A stretch of 64,000 nt of DNA from Octopus sinensis (Eukaryota). The position numbers and the translations under genes were made by a program. Positions 62,805 to 64,000 of this stretch are shown here, piece by piece. Where the stretch lies: the NCBI RefSeq assembly GCF_006345805.1, contig NC_042999.1, positions 141,422,001-141,486,000 of the forward strand, in the 5' to 3' direction. Within the stretch, counting starts at the first letter, position 1; every line of letters begins with the position of its first letter. The notes beneath the pieces are model-generated. The model was not told where the DNA came from. It saw nothing but the letters and a program-made list of their open reading frames with translations, and ran no database searches.

Positions 62805-63225
62805 CACAATGGATGCTGTGGATAATAAAGCTGAATCATGGGATGAAGTGGAACCTTCATTTTTGAATAGTATTTGGGAGAGTATATGGCCAGATTGTAT
62901 CTGTAGCGTTACAAGTTTTCCTCAAGCAGAAAGTCTGCATCAAATTCAGAAAGATATTGCAACACTTGCAAAGGATGTAGGATTTGAAGGAGTCATAGAA
63001 GATGATGTGAAAAAGTTCATCTTATAAGGATCTGATGCTGTTAGGAATAAAAACATGCTGAGAATACAGACAAGACAATGGAAGTTCTATCTACACCGCT
63101 TAAATTGACTACAAAAATTATTGCTAAAGGATTAGCATTTATAGAGGAAGGTCTGCAGGTTTTTGCTGATAAATGATCCCAATTGTGAAGGTAGCATAAA
63201 AATGACAGGAGGAGTTTACAAAGTG
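62805..63225 (+). mobile_element. Pogo/Tigger transposase C-terminal fragment
   Basis: DAVDNKAESWDEVEPSFLNSIWESIWPDC...IATLAKDVGFEGVIEDDVKK and KGLAFIEEGLQVFA resemble the Tigger C-terminus. Confidence 0.7.
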
Positions 63226-63374
63226 TGATTTTTACCCCCAAAAAAATCTGTAGGTATGCCCCTTGATAATATGAAAATCAATAGGAAAATTTTCTTTCTT
63301 TTTTGGCTTTTTTTCTTTATCTTTCTTTTGTAAAATATATTCCTGTTCATATTTTGAATAAAACCTACTGCCTA

Positions 63375-63610
63375 TGTAAAAAGCACCATCCAATCGTGGC
63401 CGTTTGCCAGCCTCGTTTGGCACCTGTGCCGGTGGCACGTAAATAGCACCTACTACACTCATGGAGTGGTTGGCGTTAGGAAGGGCATCCAGCCGTAGAA
63501 ACATTACCAGATCAGACTGGGCCTGGTGGAGCCTTCTGGCTTCCCAGACCCCGGTTGAACCGTCCAACCCATGCCAGCATGAAAAGCGGACGCTAAACGA
63601 TGATGATGTT
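63375..63610 (+). mobile_element. Young RTE-tail/SINE-like copy
   Basis: Near-identical to 22170-22410, CpGs intact, (GAT)n end. Confidence 0.88.
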
Positions 63611-63706
63611 AAAGACTTTTTCACTTCCCGAGCGTTAAACTAATACATCTGTTTGTTGTCTACACCACCTGTCTTCGTCTTTTGTTTTTTTTTGTGAATT
63701 CTCCCC

Positions 63707-63751
<45 letters not shown>

Positions 63752-63754
63752 TCT

Positions 63755-63957
63755 TTTAACTTGTTTGTTAATCGACTGCGGCCATGATGGAGCACCGTCT
63801 TTCGAACAAATCGACCCCAGGACTTATTCTTTGTAAGCCTAGTACTTATACTATCGGTCTCTTTTGTCGAATCGCTACCTTATGGGGACGTAAACACCAA
63901 CATCAGTGTCAAGCGATGGTGGGTGGGTACAAACAAAGGCACACAAATATATATATA

Positions 63958-63990
<33 letters not shown>

Positions 63991-64000
63991 CACGATGGCT
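63755..64000 (-). mobile_element. tRNA-derived SINE 3' part (CpG-intact), running off the window edge
   Basis: CGACTGCGGCCATGATGGAGCACCG...TCGACCCCAGGACTTATTCT...GGGGACGTAAAC; same family as 31290-31660. Confidence 0.82.

Overview
AT-rich eukaryotic genomic DNA. The repeat landscape (RTE LINEs with (GAT)n tails, tRNA-derived SINEs, many (TA)n runs) suggests a coleoid cephalopod, probably Octopus; this is an inference. There are two convergent spliced genes, and the ORF track largely misses both. (1) AMPK beta subunit, + strand, 7 coding exons, 5265-42244, 801 nt / 266 aa, all introns GT-AG and in phase. (2) Peroxiredoxin-5, - strand, five coding exons at 51243-60818; its first exon was not found. 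The rest is mostly decayed transposons: RTE, BovB-like and R4/Dong-like LINEs, a Penelope-like GIY-YIG remnant, a Gypsy element with paired LTR-like repeats, Tc1, mariner, Tigger, a MITE and SINEs. A young LINE with an unbroken ~484-codon frame runs off the left edge. Best leads: a candidate 48-nt in-frame cassette exon that would insert TVRLTDRGRQRHDSDG straight after the regulatory Ser (human Ser108 equivalent) of the AMPK-beta carbohydrate-binding module; a near-identical duplicate of PRDX5 exon 3 lying between an AG and a GT exactly 132 nt apart; several ~100-125-nt locally templated insertions resembling Pol-theta repair scars; and an LTR-like pair differing by 24 transitions and 0 transversions. 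No prokaryote-type system, CRISPR array, rRNA or genuine tRNA is supported.
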